Below, piece by piece: positions 10,701 to 23,786 of a DNA stretch of 53,962 bases. The notes below the pieces were generated by a model that was not told the origin of the DNA, ran no database searches, and saw only the letters and a program-made list of their open reading frames with translations. A program made the translations under genes and the position numbers. This DNA is from Octopus bimaculoides (lineage: Eukaryota): positions 69,568,543-69,622,504 of the forward strand of contig NC_068982.1 of NCBI RefSeq assembly GCF_001194135.2, written 5' to 3'. Position 1 is the first letter of the stretch. Each line of letters begins with the position of its first letter.

Positions 10701-12330
10701 TGAGAAGGCAGGCAAATTGTTTCTTATTTCCCTGCATTACAGTTCCCTCGCACAACAAGCTATTTCGGCAATCATGTAAAAGTATATTTCTCTGTTGTTG
10801 CTATCCTCTTCCACATGATGGCAGTGAAGATAAGGATCAGCAGTGATGCCATAAGACCTTTCTATGGCAAAGGAGACGTGGCCTGAAGCTGTTACTCCAG
10901 GAGAAAAGAAGTGGGTTGGAATCTACGAGTAAACAGTTTGCTACAATATTTATATGCTAGTTATGATGAAAGCTAATTCAAATGTTAGTAACAGATCAGT
11001 CTGTTAATGGCACCCATCTATGAGGTGATGGTGTTAAAGATGGTCAGTTTTAGTCTGCTACCCCCAAAACAGGAATAGTTCCATCAACAAGTTTCTAAAC
11101 AGTTTTTATCAACCAAATTTTACATGCAATGCTATGGCCAACCCCTGGCCAATAGTAGAAGATACATTTTCCAAGGTGCCATAGGGTAGTCTGGAATCAT
11201 AAGAAAAACCAGGTAGTTGGGAAGCAAACATTTTAACCACATAGCCATGCCAGCACCCATTTAAATTAAGAGTACGTGAGCAAACAATCCACTACAGGTC
11301 TACCAGCCATTTTGCCTCTGTTGCACTTTTAGTTAAATAATAATAATTATAGAAAGCAGCCTACATTTTAATTAGAATATTAAATATTTACTTCATAACA
11401 TTTCATAGATCAATAAAAAAAATTCTCGTAATGTAACACATTCTAATTCTATGAAAGTTTACAGCCACAAATCAATGTGAACAAATGGCTGAACTAAAAA
11501 AAAAAGTCAATCAGTCGACCATAGTCTATAGTTTATGAGGTTTATAAGTGCACAGTAAGAGGCACAACCTCTTTCCATCATCTTTTTCAGTGATCACCCA
11601 ATCTCAAGCTTTCCATCATCTTCCTTTTTGTCCAATATAAAGGTAATGTAATGTAAATATCTCCAAAGTCCCGGGTAGTTTTAAGCACTGATGCTTATCT
11701 CTGACTTCATGGCATAACTCAAGTGAGAGAAAAATGCCCTACACCCGTCCAATGAATAGGTGACTTGTCTATCACAAGGTGCATTCTCAGATGAATTCAT
11801 TTCCAATAGTTTTATCAGAAATTCTAGGGACCAACAGTACTTCAGATTTTAAAACCTAAACACATTATCTCTATATATTTTTAGAACAGCATATGTGCAT
11901 CTGTGTGCGTATACATATGTATGTGTAGATATATAGATACATATATCTATGTAAATATATATATATATATACATACATACATATGTATATATACATATAT
12001 ACATACATACATACATATATATATATATATACATACACACACATATACATACTCTTTACTCTTTTACTTGTTTCAGTCATTTGACTGTGGCCATGCTGGA
12101 TCACCGCCTTTAGTCAAGCAAATCAACCCCAGAACTTATTCTTTGTAAGCCTAGTACTTATTCTATCGGTATCTTTGGCCGAACTGCTAAGTTACAGGGA
12201 CGCAAACATACCAGCATCGGTTGTCAAGCGACGTTGGGGTATCTTCAGTTGTTGTATACCCATACATATGGGTATACAACAACTGAGGACACCACAAAGA
12301 AGAGAAAAACAAGAATATTTTTTTCTACTC

Positions 12331-12535
12331 TAGGCATAAAGGTCTGAAATTTTTAGGGAGGGGGCCAGTCAATTATATCAACCCCAGTATGCAACTGGGA
12401 CTTAATTTATTGACCCCCAAAAGGATGAAAAGCAAAGTCAACTTTGGTGGAATTTGAACTCAGAACGTAAAGACAGACGAGATACTGCTAAGCATCTCGC
12501 CTAACGTGCTAAAGTTTCTACCAGCTTGCCGCCTT
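12331..12535 (-). mobile_element. tRNA-derived SINE family B (Nin/Deu-like central domain); other copies at about 14840-14975 +, 16706-16913 -, 17320-17430 -, 17677-17912 -, 27471-27660 +, 34762-34860 +, 35495-35585 +, 35810-35910 -
   Basis: Head aaggcggcaagctggtagaa..ttagc...gttctgagttcaaattcc (B-box) followed by gactttgcttttcatcctttt.ggggtcaataaa..aagt, which resembles the Deu/Nin SINE domain from memory. Confidence 0.75.
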
Positions 12536-13631
12536 CTTGGCATGGAAATATTACTTATTACTCTGTAAAGTGGTTGCAAAAAATGTGGAGACAATGCTAG
12601 GTTAAGAGGAAAGAACCCTCCATGTTGTCTTGTCAAGGACATGACAAATTCTCTAGTGCTGGTGTCCTGATAAAATGTACCCAGTTCACTCTGTAAAGTG
12701 GTTGATGACAGGAAGGACATCTAGCCATTGAAACCATGTTTAGGACAGCAGCAACTCTGAATAAAAACTGATTCATTCTGTACTCCTCCCCCCTATGTAA
12801 GCATAGGAAGTGAACTTAAAATGATGATGACATTGCTTGGAGAGTAACTTTACAGACTTGGTTGATGTTTGGAACAAACTCTCCTTAAATACATTTATTT
12901 TAGTTATGGTAGTAATTAATTTTTGTGATAACGGTGTCCTGGAACAAAATAGATTTCTTATTATATAACACACACACTTCCACAGACATGTGAATGCCTG
13001 TGTATATAAATATAAGGATAAGAAGAATTGAAACAAGGAAGATAGTCTTAAGTAAAAATGTTTAAAAGAACTCTACAGAACAAAAGGGATAGTTCATTGA
13101 ATCAAACCCTCATTGTTTGTAGTGTTTAAGATGTCTAATGAAAAGAAGAAAAACAAAAACAGTACATTTAAAAATTCTCACTAAAACTTTTGTTCGAAGC
13201 ACATTGTAAAACATGTGATTAAGAAATTGAATATATGACATGGAAATGAAGTTGCCAAATTATTCTGTGGGTAAGAAGCCAAGTTATTTTCTCAAAGTAC
13301 AAATGTATATAAATGCATGTTTATGTATGTGTGTGTGTGTGTGTACACATATATACATATTAATATGCATTGATTTACAAACACACACACATATGGGTGT
13401 GTGTGTGTATGTATACACAATGTTTACACGCTTGTACACAGACACACACACACACACATTTTGTATATATGGTTGTATTTAAAATAATGTGCTTGTTATA
13501 TAAAATACTCATGTGCATTACATGTATAAAAGTATTTCCCAATTCAGTTGTTATTTATAAATAATTCTTTAAAAAATAAATAACATTTGCAGTGTAGGAG
13601 ATTCCTCACTTTTGCTTTATTTTAATATATA

Positions 13632-14511
13632 CGTGGTCTGATCAATAAGTATCCGGACTGTTGTCATTAGTAATGAAGCTAGAGCATCCAGAGTGATGCT
13701 GCATGGTACAGATTGACCTTAAACTCTGCTGTGCCTTCACACTAAGTTTTAACATTCTAGCTCACTTCTCTTGTTTACAGCAGTGCTTGGAAGGAAGGTG
13801 TGTAGCGTGTGATCATTGCATTGACTATAACAGAGAAAATTGAGCAGAGAATCTGCATCAAATTTTGCCAAAAGCTTGGTAATACCTGCTCAGAGGCCTA
13901 TGCAAAGTTTTCAAAATGTTTTCATCGTTCTTGACACAATCAAGGAAATCTTGTGCAACTGAAACATGAGTGTCTTTTTGGTTAGCTGAAAGCAGTTTTG
14001 GCACAAACTTGGCAGACATGCATCTCTTACCCACATCTTCTGGGATAATGGACTAAACTGAACTGTAACTAATCTGCACATCCTCTGATAACTCACAGAT
14101 GGTGATTCAATGATTTCCCTTCATAGCTGTACACACATCTATGATGTCTTACTCAGTTCTGCAGGTTGTGGGTTTCCCAGAACGTTCGTCACAATTGACA
14201 TCTTTCAGTGAAATGTCTGAACCACTTGTGTACAGCTCATACACTCCTCTCCATATACTTTCTGCAACTTTGCGTAAGCCTCTGAGCAGGAATTGCGAGG
14301 ACAACTTTTTCTGTTATGGTCAATGTGACGATCACGCGCTACACACCTTCCTTCAAAGCACTGCTGTAAACAGTAAAAGTGAGCTAGAATGCTAAAACTT
14401 AGTACACACACAGAGCAGAGTTTAAGGTGAATCTTTGCCAAGCGGCTTTACTCTGATTGCTTTAGCTTCATTACTATGGCAGCAGTCTGCATACTTATTG
14501 ATCAAACCTTG
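13632..14511. mobile_element. Non-autonomous mariner derivative made of two inward-facing 5' ends
   Basis: TIRs cgtggtctgatcaataagt / acttattgatcaaaccttg, with TA on the left. The plus arm encodes EQRICIKFCQKLGNTCSEAYAK. The minus arm encodes CSEAYAKLQKVYGEECMS through DERSGKP to SAKFVPKLL. Confidence 0.8.
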
Positions 14512-15129
14512 CACTTTTAAAGTACAAAATCTTTTGCTGTTTATCTGGTGACTAATCCAAAACATAGTTGAATTACCAACAAACCAAGTTTGCAACCTAT
14601 GTTTACTTCCCAGAGGCTAATCCTGTAATGCACTTGGGGAAAGTATGAATGCTACGACTGCTAGTTCATTATTATTTAAAACAGAAGTGACTCTTGGTAC
14701 TTAGAGCAAGAACATGCAATTTCGAAAACACAGCAGGGTACATATAACATGTCTGCACCCTCCTTCCAGTAGACTCTGTTAAAAATGAAAGATTTATATT
14801 GGAATCTGATGCTTTTACTTGCATCCATTTATATATTTTAAGGCACTGAGCTGGCAGAATCATTACTACATCAAGCAAAATGCTTTGCAACATTTCTTCT
14901 GGCATTTTGTGTTCTGAGTTCAGACACTGCTGATGTCAACTTTGCTTTCTATTTCTTAGGGGTTAATAAAATATCATACAAGTTATGTACTGAGTTCAAT
15001 GTAACTGACTGGATTAGCATCCCATTCAGGGAGAATGTTGTGATCTCAATCACTTATATCCCATGGAAACTGGGTAACAGGCCATAGGAGTCCTAGGGTT
15101 CAATAATAATTTTATAACACTATATCTTA

Positions 15130-15310
15130 GGTGTGGCTGTGTGGTATGAAATTTGCCTCCCAACCACATGGTTCTGGGTTCAGTCCCACTGCATGACTCC
15201 TTGGGCAAGTGTCTTCTATTATAGCTTCAGGCTGACCAAAGCTTTGTGAGTGGATTTGGTAGAGAAACTGAAAGAAACCCATCATGTGTGTGTGTGTGTG
15301 TGTGCATATG

Positions 15311-15366
<56 letters not shown>

Positions 15367-15605
15367 TATACACATACATATATGTGTATATGATTTTGGG
15401 TCCATGTTTGTCTCCCACCACCACTTGACACCAAGTGTTGATGTGTTTATATTACTGTAACTTAGCAATTTGGCAAAAGAGACTGATACAATAAGTATCA
15501 AGCTTTAAAAAATAAAGAAGTACTGGGTCAATTCACTTGACTAGAATGCTTCAAGGTGGTGTCCCAAAATGGTCACAGCCTAATGACTGAAACAAGCAAA
15601 AGATA
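15130..15605 (+). mobile_element. SINE family A, full length
   Basis: Same head, core, microsatellite and 3' module as 6357-6820. Confidence 0.85.
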
Positions 15606-18306
15606 AGTGATAAAAGATAAAGATGGATTACATATCATGCATTCTCATAAGAAAGTCACTGGTTTAAAGTCACTAGAAAAAATCATGAAAAGTTACTCTT
15701 TAACTCATTCTTGTCTTTTATTCTTTTCTCATTGGACTGTAGTCATACTGGAGCAATGGCTTGAAGGGTTAGTTTGTAGTGGCGCGAAATTATAGCCGCC
15801 ATTGAGGAAGCCCCTTGAGTGCGCATGCGTAGTAAAACTAGTACTTAAAGAGTTTGTTTCACTTTCTAAGCCTCTTGAGCATGACACCTTCGACGTGACA
15901 ACACCTTGCTCCTCAACAAAGCACTCTTCACCACGATGCCATCAATGTGATAGCTACTTGCTCCTCTGGCATGCATCAAGGAAGCTCTTAACCTTCCAAT
16001 ACCGATTACAAAACAATCAGCGGCTGCTAAGCTGAATGACATAGTATTTGTAAAACCAAGCATCATCAAAGAATAAAACTTATTTTTATTATGTTGTTAA
16101 TTGTTCTACTGTTTCTTCATATATAATTATGTTGAAAGGTGATAGAGAGAGACTAATGTCTCTATTGCACAAGTTGAACAAACTGATCTCGGTATTTATT
16201 TTAAGTCTGGCACTTACTCTATCATTCTCTTTCACCAAACTGCTCCATTATAGGGATATAAACAAACCCAGCTGTCAATCAGTGGGGGACAAACATAAAC
16301 ACAAAATATGTATGCACACACACACAATAGGCCTCTTTGAATTTCTGGTTACTAAATTCATTCACAGAGCTTTAGTTTGTTTGGAGCTGTAGTAGGAGAC
16401 ACTGAGAATTGTCCAAAGTGCAGCACAGTGGGAGTGAACACAAAACTATGTGATTTGGAAAGAAACTTTTTAACCAGGCAAAAATTCATGCATACCTTGT
16501 TTTTTTTTTATTTGAAATGGATAATGAAATTGCTCTACATTGCCTTAACACTTTAAGCAAGTTCTCTCTATTTTCTGATATTGGTTTCTTTGGTCTAGAC
16601 ATAAGATCAATTCTCATAAAGAATAGGATTCAATATATTACTATGATAGTATTTGATTTTATCATGGCAGACTTGAATTAAGAAAGGAGAGATATATTTA
16701 AATATCGGTTTCAAATTTTGGCACAAAGCCAGCAGTTTCGGGGGAGGGGCTGAGTCGATTACATCAATCCCAGTGCTCAACTAGTACTTATTTTATTGAC
16801 ACTGAGAGGATGAAAGGCAAAAGTTGACCCTGGCAGTATTTGAACCCAAAACATAGAGGCAGATGTAAAGCATTTTGTCCAGTGTGCTAATGATTCTGTC
16901 AGCTTGCTGCCTTCAATATATATCTAAATATTGCTAGTTATTTTATTTTCATCTTTTAATTAAGAGGGAGCAATACCTATGATTCTTTACAAGGCCTCTG
17001 GGATTGTTAGAAAGAAGGGAAGAAGGTATTCTTAAACTACAGACCTGGCCTTAAAGCGTGCAACAGAGTGCACCCTCTTAGTGGTACTCAATGTTCCAGG
17101 TAAGGCAAGGTGTTAAACCAGATGATGGAGTAATTCTACCAGCCAGTAGGCTATGGCAGGATTTGAACTTAGAATGCAAAAAGCCAAAAGAAATACTGTT
17201 AGGTACTCAGTTCGATATTCTTGTAGTTTAGAGAGACAAAACTAAATGCCACAAACATGATTATTACAGATTTTAGTCAACTGCCAATGCAGTAAACTAA
17301 AATTTGTAATAATCACATCTAATATTGGTTTTAAATTTTTGGCGCAAGGCCAGCTATTTAAGGGGGGTAGTTAAGTCAGTTATATTGACCCCAGCATTTT
17401 GCCCATTGTCCTAATATTGATTCTGCCAGTTCACCACCTTAATCATGCCTAATATTAATTTTTAATCAGTTATTGAGATACCCTTGTTTATAGATAAAAA
17501 CATGATATTGAGATTTGTAAACTTGGTTAAGATATCACTAATCTTCATTTACATATGTCAATAAAAAATCTCACATCAGCCATGGGGGTGTTTATCTAAA
17601 TCAGCACTTTATTCTCTTATTATCAGTTATTTCATGATATTAAATTGCATAGAAATGGTCATGTGATAATGTAATGTTGGTTTCAAATTTTGACACAGGG
17701 AGAGGGTAAGTCAATTACATCGACCCTAGCCAGAGAAGGGGTAAGTTGATTACATTGACCCTAGTGTTCAACTGGTACTTTATTTTATTGACCCTGAAAG
17801 GATGAAAGGCAGAGTCAACCTCAGTGGAATTTGAACTCAGAACACAAAGACAGACGAAATACCGCTAAGCATTTTGCCCAGCATGTTAATGGTTCTGCCA
17901 GCTCACTGTCTTATGTGATTATGCAATTAGGTGATTGATGTCAAATGAAAGTACTCATGATTGTTGCATAGTCGTGTCAATATATTGATGACTTATGGCA
18001 GTAATAGTGACATTGATATTGTCAACTGTGATGATGACATTGATTGGTGCTGAGGACAATGATGGTGCTAACAGTGATAGGGATTCACAAGATCAAATTG
18101 ACAAATAAAATTGGGATTGCAATAATTAAAAAAAATCCCCCCAAAAAATAATAAAAAAGAAGAGTCTATATTCCCTCAAGGTTCAGGGCTGGAATAAAGC
18201 TGGAAGAAGTACCACAGAATGATCATACAAACGAAACAGGAATAAGTGAAGTAACAAAAGAAAGCTAGCATACAAATTAAATATATACAAACTGAAACAT
18301 AGACAC

Positions 18307-18490
18307 AGGCATGGCTGTGTGGTTAAGAAGTACACTTTGCAATCACATTGTTTTGGGTTCAGTCCCACTGCATGGCACCTGGGGCAAGTGCCTTCTACTA
18401 TATCTCTGGGTTGATCAATAGCCTTGTCAGTAAATTTGATAGATAGAAACAGTGTGAAAGCCCATCATATATCATACATACATGCACATA

Positions 18491-18542
<52 letters not shown>

Positions 18543-18755
18543 TGTATATACGTTTGTGTGTATCTCAGTGTTTGTCTGCCCCCCCCACTGCTTGTAAACT
18601 CATGTTGGTTTGTTTATGTCCTCGTAACTTAGTGACCCGACAGAAGAGAGACTGATAGTATAAGCACCAAACTTCAAGAAATAAGTACCAGGGTCAACAA
18701 AACCTTTCAAGATAGTGCCCCAGCATGGCTGCAGTCCAAAGACTGAAACAAGTAC
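18307..18755 (+). mobile_element. SINE family A, full length
   Basis: Same modular structure. Confidence 0.85.
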
Positions 18756-20774
18756 AACTTATACCATCAAGAACCAAGAAACATTGCTATGCAGAATATG
18801 TAGTACAAACAGTGGAAGAATAACGCATTTGTAGTAAGTGATTTCAAAAGAAATATGATGTTGGTGAATATGATCATTCTCATGACTGAGGGACAAACGT
18901 CTTAGACACAACCAACGTTCCTCATCCCACATTAGGATTTTGTGCTGGACACTCTGCCAGTGTCATGCCATCTGGTCTTTGATGTCCCCACTTCACTTCA
19001 TCTTCATCTTTGTGACCCATGAACTAGGCTTCCCTGGTGAAAAGGATCTCTAGAGACTCAGAAAGAAAAAAATATTTATTAAAAGGATAGATGAACCCAA
19101 CAGAGTCAGTGACAATCTATCAAGGACTTAGAAATACCAGGTTGTTTTCCAGTGTGTTGTAAGACCATTGGGAGTGAGCCCTACCTCCTTAGCTTTTATT
19201 AAATCATGTCTCTACGCTGGTAGTATAACTAAGTAGTCTGGGCTCAGCAGTGTGAGAAGGCAACTAGTTAGGAGGTAATTCTAAGCATAAACCCTCATTA
19301 CCTGTGAGTGCTTGCAGAGTGATGAAGGCTAAAGGAGTCAACACCAACAGTAAATTGGGTCAAGAGAGAACTCATGGAGCCCTCTTACCTATTCATCAAA
19401 AAGTGAGCAGACAAAATATCATTTTACATATAACATCCACAGTAAATTATACGGAGATTATAGATTAGAAAAGCCAGAGAAATAGTATGAACACCATCTT
19501 TCTGCTATAATTAAGTCTAAGGATATCAAAATCTTGGGAAGTTGAAATCCTGTATGATCATGTGTGAAAGAGTAGAAGACTTAATATTCTTTAGTAAATA
19601 AAAAAAAAAATGCCCAGTGAATGTAAAATAATTGATATTGTAATTCATGTGTGCAAAGAACAGAACAGTTAAAGCCATTTTGGTAAATTAAAATAAAAAT
19701 GGAAAATAATTTCATATGAAAAAGTGTGTGATTTAAAGGGTATTTAACTTTGAACTTTGGCCTCATGCCGACCAAAGCCTTGTGAGTGGATTTGGGAGAC
19801 GGAAACTTAAAGNNNNNNNNNNNNNNNNNNNNNNNNNNNNNNNNNNNNNNNNNNNNNNNNNNNNNNNNNNNNNNNNNNNNNNNNNNNNNNNNNNNNNNNN
19901 NNNNNNNNNNNNNNNNNNNNNNNNNNNNNNNNNNNNNNNNNNNNNNNNNNNNNNNNNNNNNNNNNNNNNNNNNNNNNNNNNNNNNNNNNNNNNNNNNNNN
20001 NNNNNNNNNNNNNNNNNNNNNNNNNNNNNNNNNNNNNNNNNNNNNNNNNNNNNNNNNNNNNNNNNNNNNNNNNNNNNNNNNNNNNNNNNNNNNNNNNNNN
20101 NNNNNNNNNNNNNNNNNNNNNNNNNNNNNNNNNNNNNNNNNNNNNNNNNNNNNNNNNNNNNNNNNNNNNNNNNNNNNNNNNNNNNNNNNNNNNNNNNNNN
20201 NNNNNNNNNNNNNNNNNNNNNNNNNNNNNNNNNNNNNNNNNNNNNNNNNNNNNNNNNNNNNNNNNNNNNNNNNNNNNNNNNNNNNNNNNNNNNNNNNNNN
20301 NNNNNNNNNNNNNNNNNNNNNNNNNNNNNNNNNNNNNNNNNNNNNNNNNNNNNNNNNNNNNNNNNNNNNNNNNNNNNNNNNNNNNNNNNNNNNNNNNNNN
20401 NNNNNNNNNNNNNNNNNNNNNNNNNNNNNNNNNNNNNNNNNNNNNNNNNNNNNNNNNNNNNNNNNNNNNNNNNNNNNNNNNNNNNNNNNNNNNNNNNNNN
20501 NNNNNNNNNNNNNNNNNNNNNNNNNNNNNNNNNNNNNNNNNNNNNNNNNNNNNNNNNNNNNNNNNNNNNNNNNNNNNNNNNNNNNNNNNNNNNNNNNNNN
20601 NNNNNNNNNNNNNNNNNNNNNNNNNNNNNNNNNNNNNNNNNNNNNNNNNNNNNNNNNNNNNNNNNNNNNNNNNNNNNNNNNNNNNNNNNNNNNNNNNNNN
20701 NNNNNNNNNNNNNNNNNNNNNNNNNNNNNNNNNNNNNNNNNNNNNNNNNNNNNNNNNNNNNNNNNNNNNNNNNN

Positions 20775-20814
<40 letters not shown>

Positions 20815-20861
20815 TACTAGTTTCAGTCACTGGACTGTGGTCATGCTGGAGCACCACCTTG

Positions 20862-20892
<31 letters not shown>

Positions 20893-21063
20893 CCAGAGGA
20901 AGAAGGTTAGTGCTCATAAATTTCTTCCGAAACCCAAAAACAGGTATTACAAAGGAATAGGTCCTTCCGCCTGGAATTTTAGTGTTGATAGATTTTCCCC
21001 TCAGAAAATTTTGTTTCACTTAAAAATAAAATATAATAAAATAAGAGTGTTGGGAAAATCGAC

Positions 21064-21140
21064 GCATTCTGATTGGCTAACACATTCTAATTGGCAAGCA
21101 CTGCAGCTGCTGCTACTTTTGTCTTCTATATATATAATAG
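21064..21140 (+). promoter_or_regulatory. Core promoter candidate: two inverted CCAAT boxes plus TATA-like element
   Basis: Direct repeat cattctgattggc / cattctaattggc (ATTGG at 21072 and 21090), then tatatatataat at 21127-21138, about 95 bp upstream of the ATG; CpG-retaining context. Confidence 0.65.
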
Positions 21141-21231
21141 AGGGATTTGCCTCGTACGTATGTATTCATTGATCTAACAGCGATATCTGACAAAAATTAA
21201 TTTTGAAAATTTAAGATATTTTGTTCTAAGA

Positions 21232-21780
21232 ATGACTACTGATTATGAACGTAGTAGAGTAGGCTCTCCATTCGCAGTCATCAATCGACGTTTTCAACAA
21301 CTTCCCGGTTTTCAAGGACTTAACAATATTGGTCAAACCGGCGATGCCGAATCAGCCCGTTTAGAAGGTAATACAACGCAATTAGAAAGAGTTTGCAGGG
21401 ATGCTGAAAATATTGCCGATGATGTCATACAGTTTTTCATTAATCCAGGAAAGAAGCCACTTAACCGTCATTGCAAAACGATGCGAAGAACGGTACAAGA
21501 ACTTTCAAAACGACACGACATTTTATTTAAAACTATGATAAATAGACTCCAAGTGGACGACATGAATCTTTTCATTTCCTTTACATATGTAACAGATGAA
21601 ATATTCGAAGACGGACAAATTAATTGGGGTCGTGTTGTAGCTGTTTATGCGTTCGCCGCTAGACTGGCTTTACATTTTCATGACATTCAAAAACCGGAAA
21701 AGTGTAATCAAATTGCATTATATACAGGCCGATACGTTGGTAAAAAACTAGGAAAGTGGATTATTGAGTCTGGCGGATGG
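21232..21780 (+). CDS. Bcl-2 family apoptosis regulator (Mcl-1/NR-13-like), coding exon 1 (183 aa)
   Basis: ORF contains BH1 (DEIFEDGQINWGRVVAVYAFAARL) and the start of BH2 (WIIESGGW). It ends at a phase-0 donor TGG|gtaaat, the intron position conserved in Bcl-2/Bcl-xL/Mcl-1. ATG has A at -3. Exact orthology unresolved, so no symbol given. Confidence 0.95.
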
Positions 21781-22393
21781 GTAAATATTAATTTGTAATT
21801 CTTTTTGAATGAAATTTCACTAATTAATAGCTATAATTTTATAATTAAGCTTGCTTTAATTCACTTTTATTAAGTTTCCATAAATCATCATCAGCAAATC
21901 ACGAGACTCACATGATTTGCTCCCCCCCTTCTCGGAACGTTCAATATCGAAGTCATTCCGTTTTGAAATTTCCCCGAGATAATCGGCTATATTTTTCCGT
22001 CACATACGTGACAGATATTTCAACAATATCATTTTATAGGTTTAAAATGGTTTTATTCCAACAGGTACACTCAAAATTTGCTTACAATATATGATTCAAG
22101 AAAACGGAAATGAGAGTAGTTTTCTAACGTATATTTATTCAATTCTTAACCATTAAATACTGGGTGTGCCACCTACTTTGTTGCACGCACGCACGCATAC
22201 GAAGGGATGACTTACCGAGAAATGCCGATTATAACGTTCTATTGTTTAGTTTCCTCGTGATCTTAACCGGAGATATAGTTTTATACGAAATTGTAAATTA
22301 GCCAGATGACCTGAATGTATATGGTGTTCCTCGGTGTGTGTGTATATAAATACATGTATCATATATCCGAACAAAAAAGTGTACTCATATATA

Positions 22394-22428
<35 letters not shown>

Positions 22429-22681
22429 GGTACTATTCAAGAAGAGTGGTCCCGGTATATTTTCTCTTTTACTCGTTTCAGCCATGCGGTTGTGGTCATG
22501 CTGGAGCACCATGTTTATCAATTCATTTTGCAAGATTCGTGGTGTGAAATCGTGTGTTGAAACAGATATTGTATTTCGAGAGGGTCATTTTTTTTTTTTT
22601 CCTTGCCAAATAAACACGTACGCCATATATATTTTTTTTTTCGGCCAAGGTAAAGAATATGCACACCCGGTGTTTCGGGCC

Positions 22682-23046
22682 CCTTTTGTACCCCCACCCC
22701 TTAAATTAAAAAAAAAACATACATGGTGGAAAATTGATTCCCTACCATGTCTTATAATAATAATAATGAGAAAGTCATCAAAATTAAGAATTTTTATTTA
22801 AAAAAAAACTTCATTTATGTATATTCATGTCCCAATGTTGGGCAAATTTCATAGAGCGAGGCAATTTAGGCCTTAACGTTAGGCAAATTGGGACATGAAT
22901 ATACATAATATAGAAATTAAGTTTTTTTTAATAGAAATTCTTAATTTTTATGACTTTCTTAACATTATAAGACATGGTAGGAAATCAATTTTCCACCTTG
23001 TGTAATATTTAAAAAAAAAAAATTTATGGTGGCGGGGTACAAAAGG
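22682..23046. repeat. Foldback/MITE-like inverted repeat with about 155-bp arms
   Basis: ccttttgtacccc...ggtggaaaattgatt.cctaccatgtcttataat...gaaagtcat.aaaattaagaattt...tatgtatattcatgtcccaat, mirrored at 22887-23046. Confidence 0.8.
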
Positions 23047-23056
23047 AAGTCTTTCC

Positions 23057-23177
23057 CACATCGAAACTGTGACCTCTTCAGCGACACTTCGTTTTCGCGT
23101 GTTCTAACTCTAATTACACCGTAGAGCAAGAACACACACGAAAACAAAAAAGTGTCGCTGAAGAGGTCACAGATGTG
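23057..23177. repeat. Hairpin element with about 45-bp arms
   Basis: ctgtgacctcttcagcgacactt / aagtgtcgctgaagaggtcacag perfect core; the loop begins with ctaactctaa. Confidence 0.85.
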
Positions 23178-23279
23178 TGACAAAAGATTGGACATGAGTT
23201 AAAATAACAGTAATAAATGAGTGAAGAAAAATATAGTGTGTTTATTTGGCAATAAAAAAAACGACCGTCCTGAAATACA

Positions 23280-23325
<46 letters not shown>

Positions 23326-23786
23326 GAGAGAGATAATGTGTAATGTATTTCTATGGCGAATGTGTATTCATATAGTGAATGTGTGTGTGTCTGATTTTTA
23401 AAAGTATGAATGGTAAAATAATTTTCGAAAATAGAGAGGGGTAACAAAAATACTTTGTCCTACTATAAATTATTTTTTCTTGCTGATTCGTAATCTACAA
23501 TGCTTATAACATAGCTAGAGAATTTAGGTTTTTATTTTTAACGTGTACACATAATTTCTCTCTTTTTCACATACACAACCATGAGGTAGCCTGTAGATTT
23601 GTGTGCGTGAATATGTAACCGTATCCAATAAGTTGAAAAGCGAAAGAAGTGTGAACTAGAGAGATAAAGAGAGATTGTGTGTAGGTGAGTGAGTCAGGTG
23701 CGACGTGACTGAAATGACGACAAAAGCAGACAGTTAAAGAGACGCAAATACTAGTATGGACACGGATTGTGCATAACTACAGATAG

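Noticed and set aside
11849-12148. YI/CV/HT-rich ORFs (also near 162, 13240, 15127, 22246, 40502, 42044-42718, 49032, 50863)
   Set aside because: Translations of TA/TG/CA microsatellites and SINE bodies.
18880-19400. Possible RTE 3' coding and 5'UTR remnants
   Set aside because: Similarity too weak to call from inspection.
21154-21230. Possible short 5'UTR intron (gtacgt/gtatgt ... ttctaag) before the ATG
   Set aside because: The acceptor is weak and the donor overlaps the expected TSS downstream of the TATA element; no transcript evidence.
21247-21270. RSRVGSP as an Akt/14-3-3 site in the Bcl-2-family N-terminus
   Set aside because: Proline at +1 is disfavoured for both; short motifs are unreliable without conservation data.
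22209-22216. Strong minus-strand donor (cg|gtaagt) suggesting an antisense exon
   Set aside because: A single 8-mer is expected by chance in 54 kb; no partner acceptor or ORF.
23771-23782. 12-mer gcataactacag identical to the TIR of the 53312 MITE
   Set aside because: Too short, with no partner TIR or TSD; may be coincidence.
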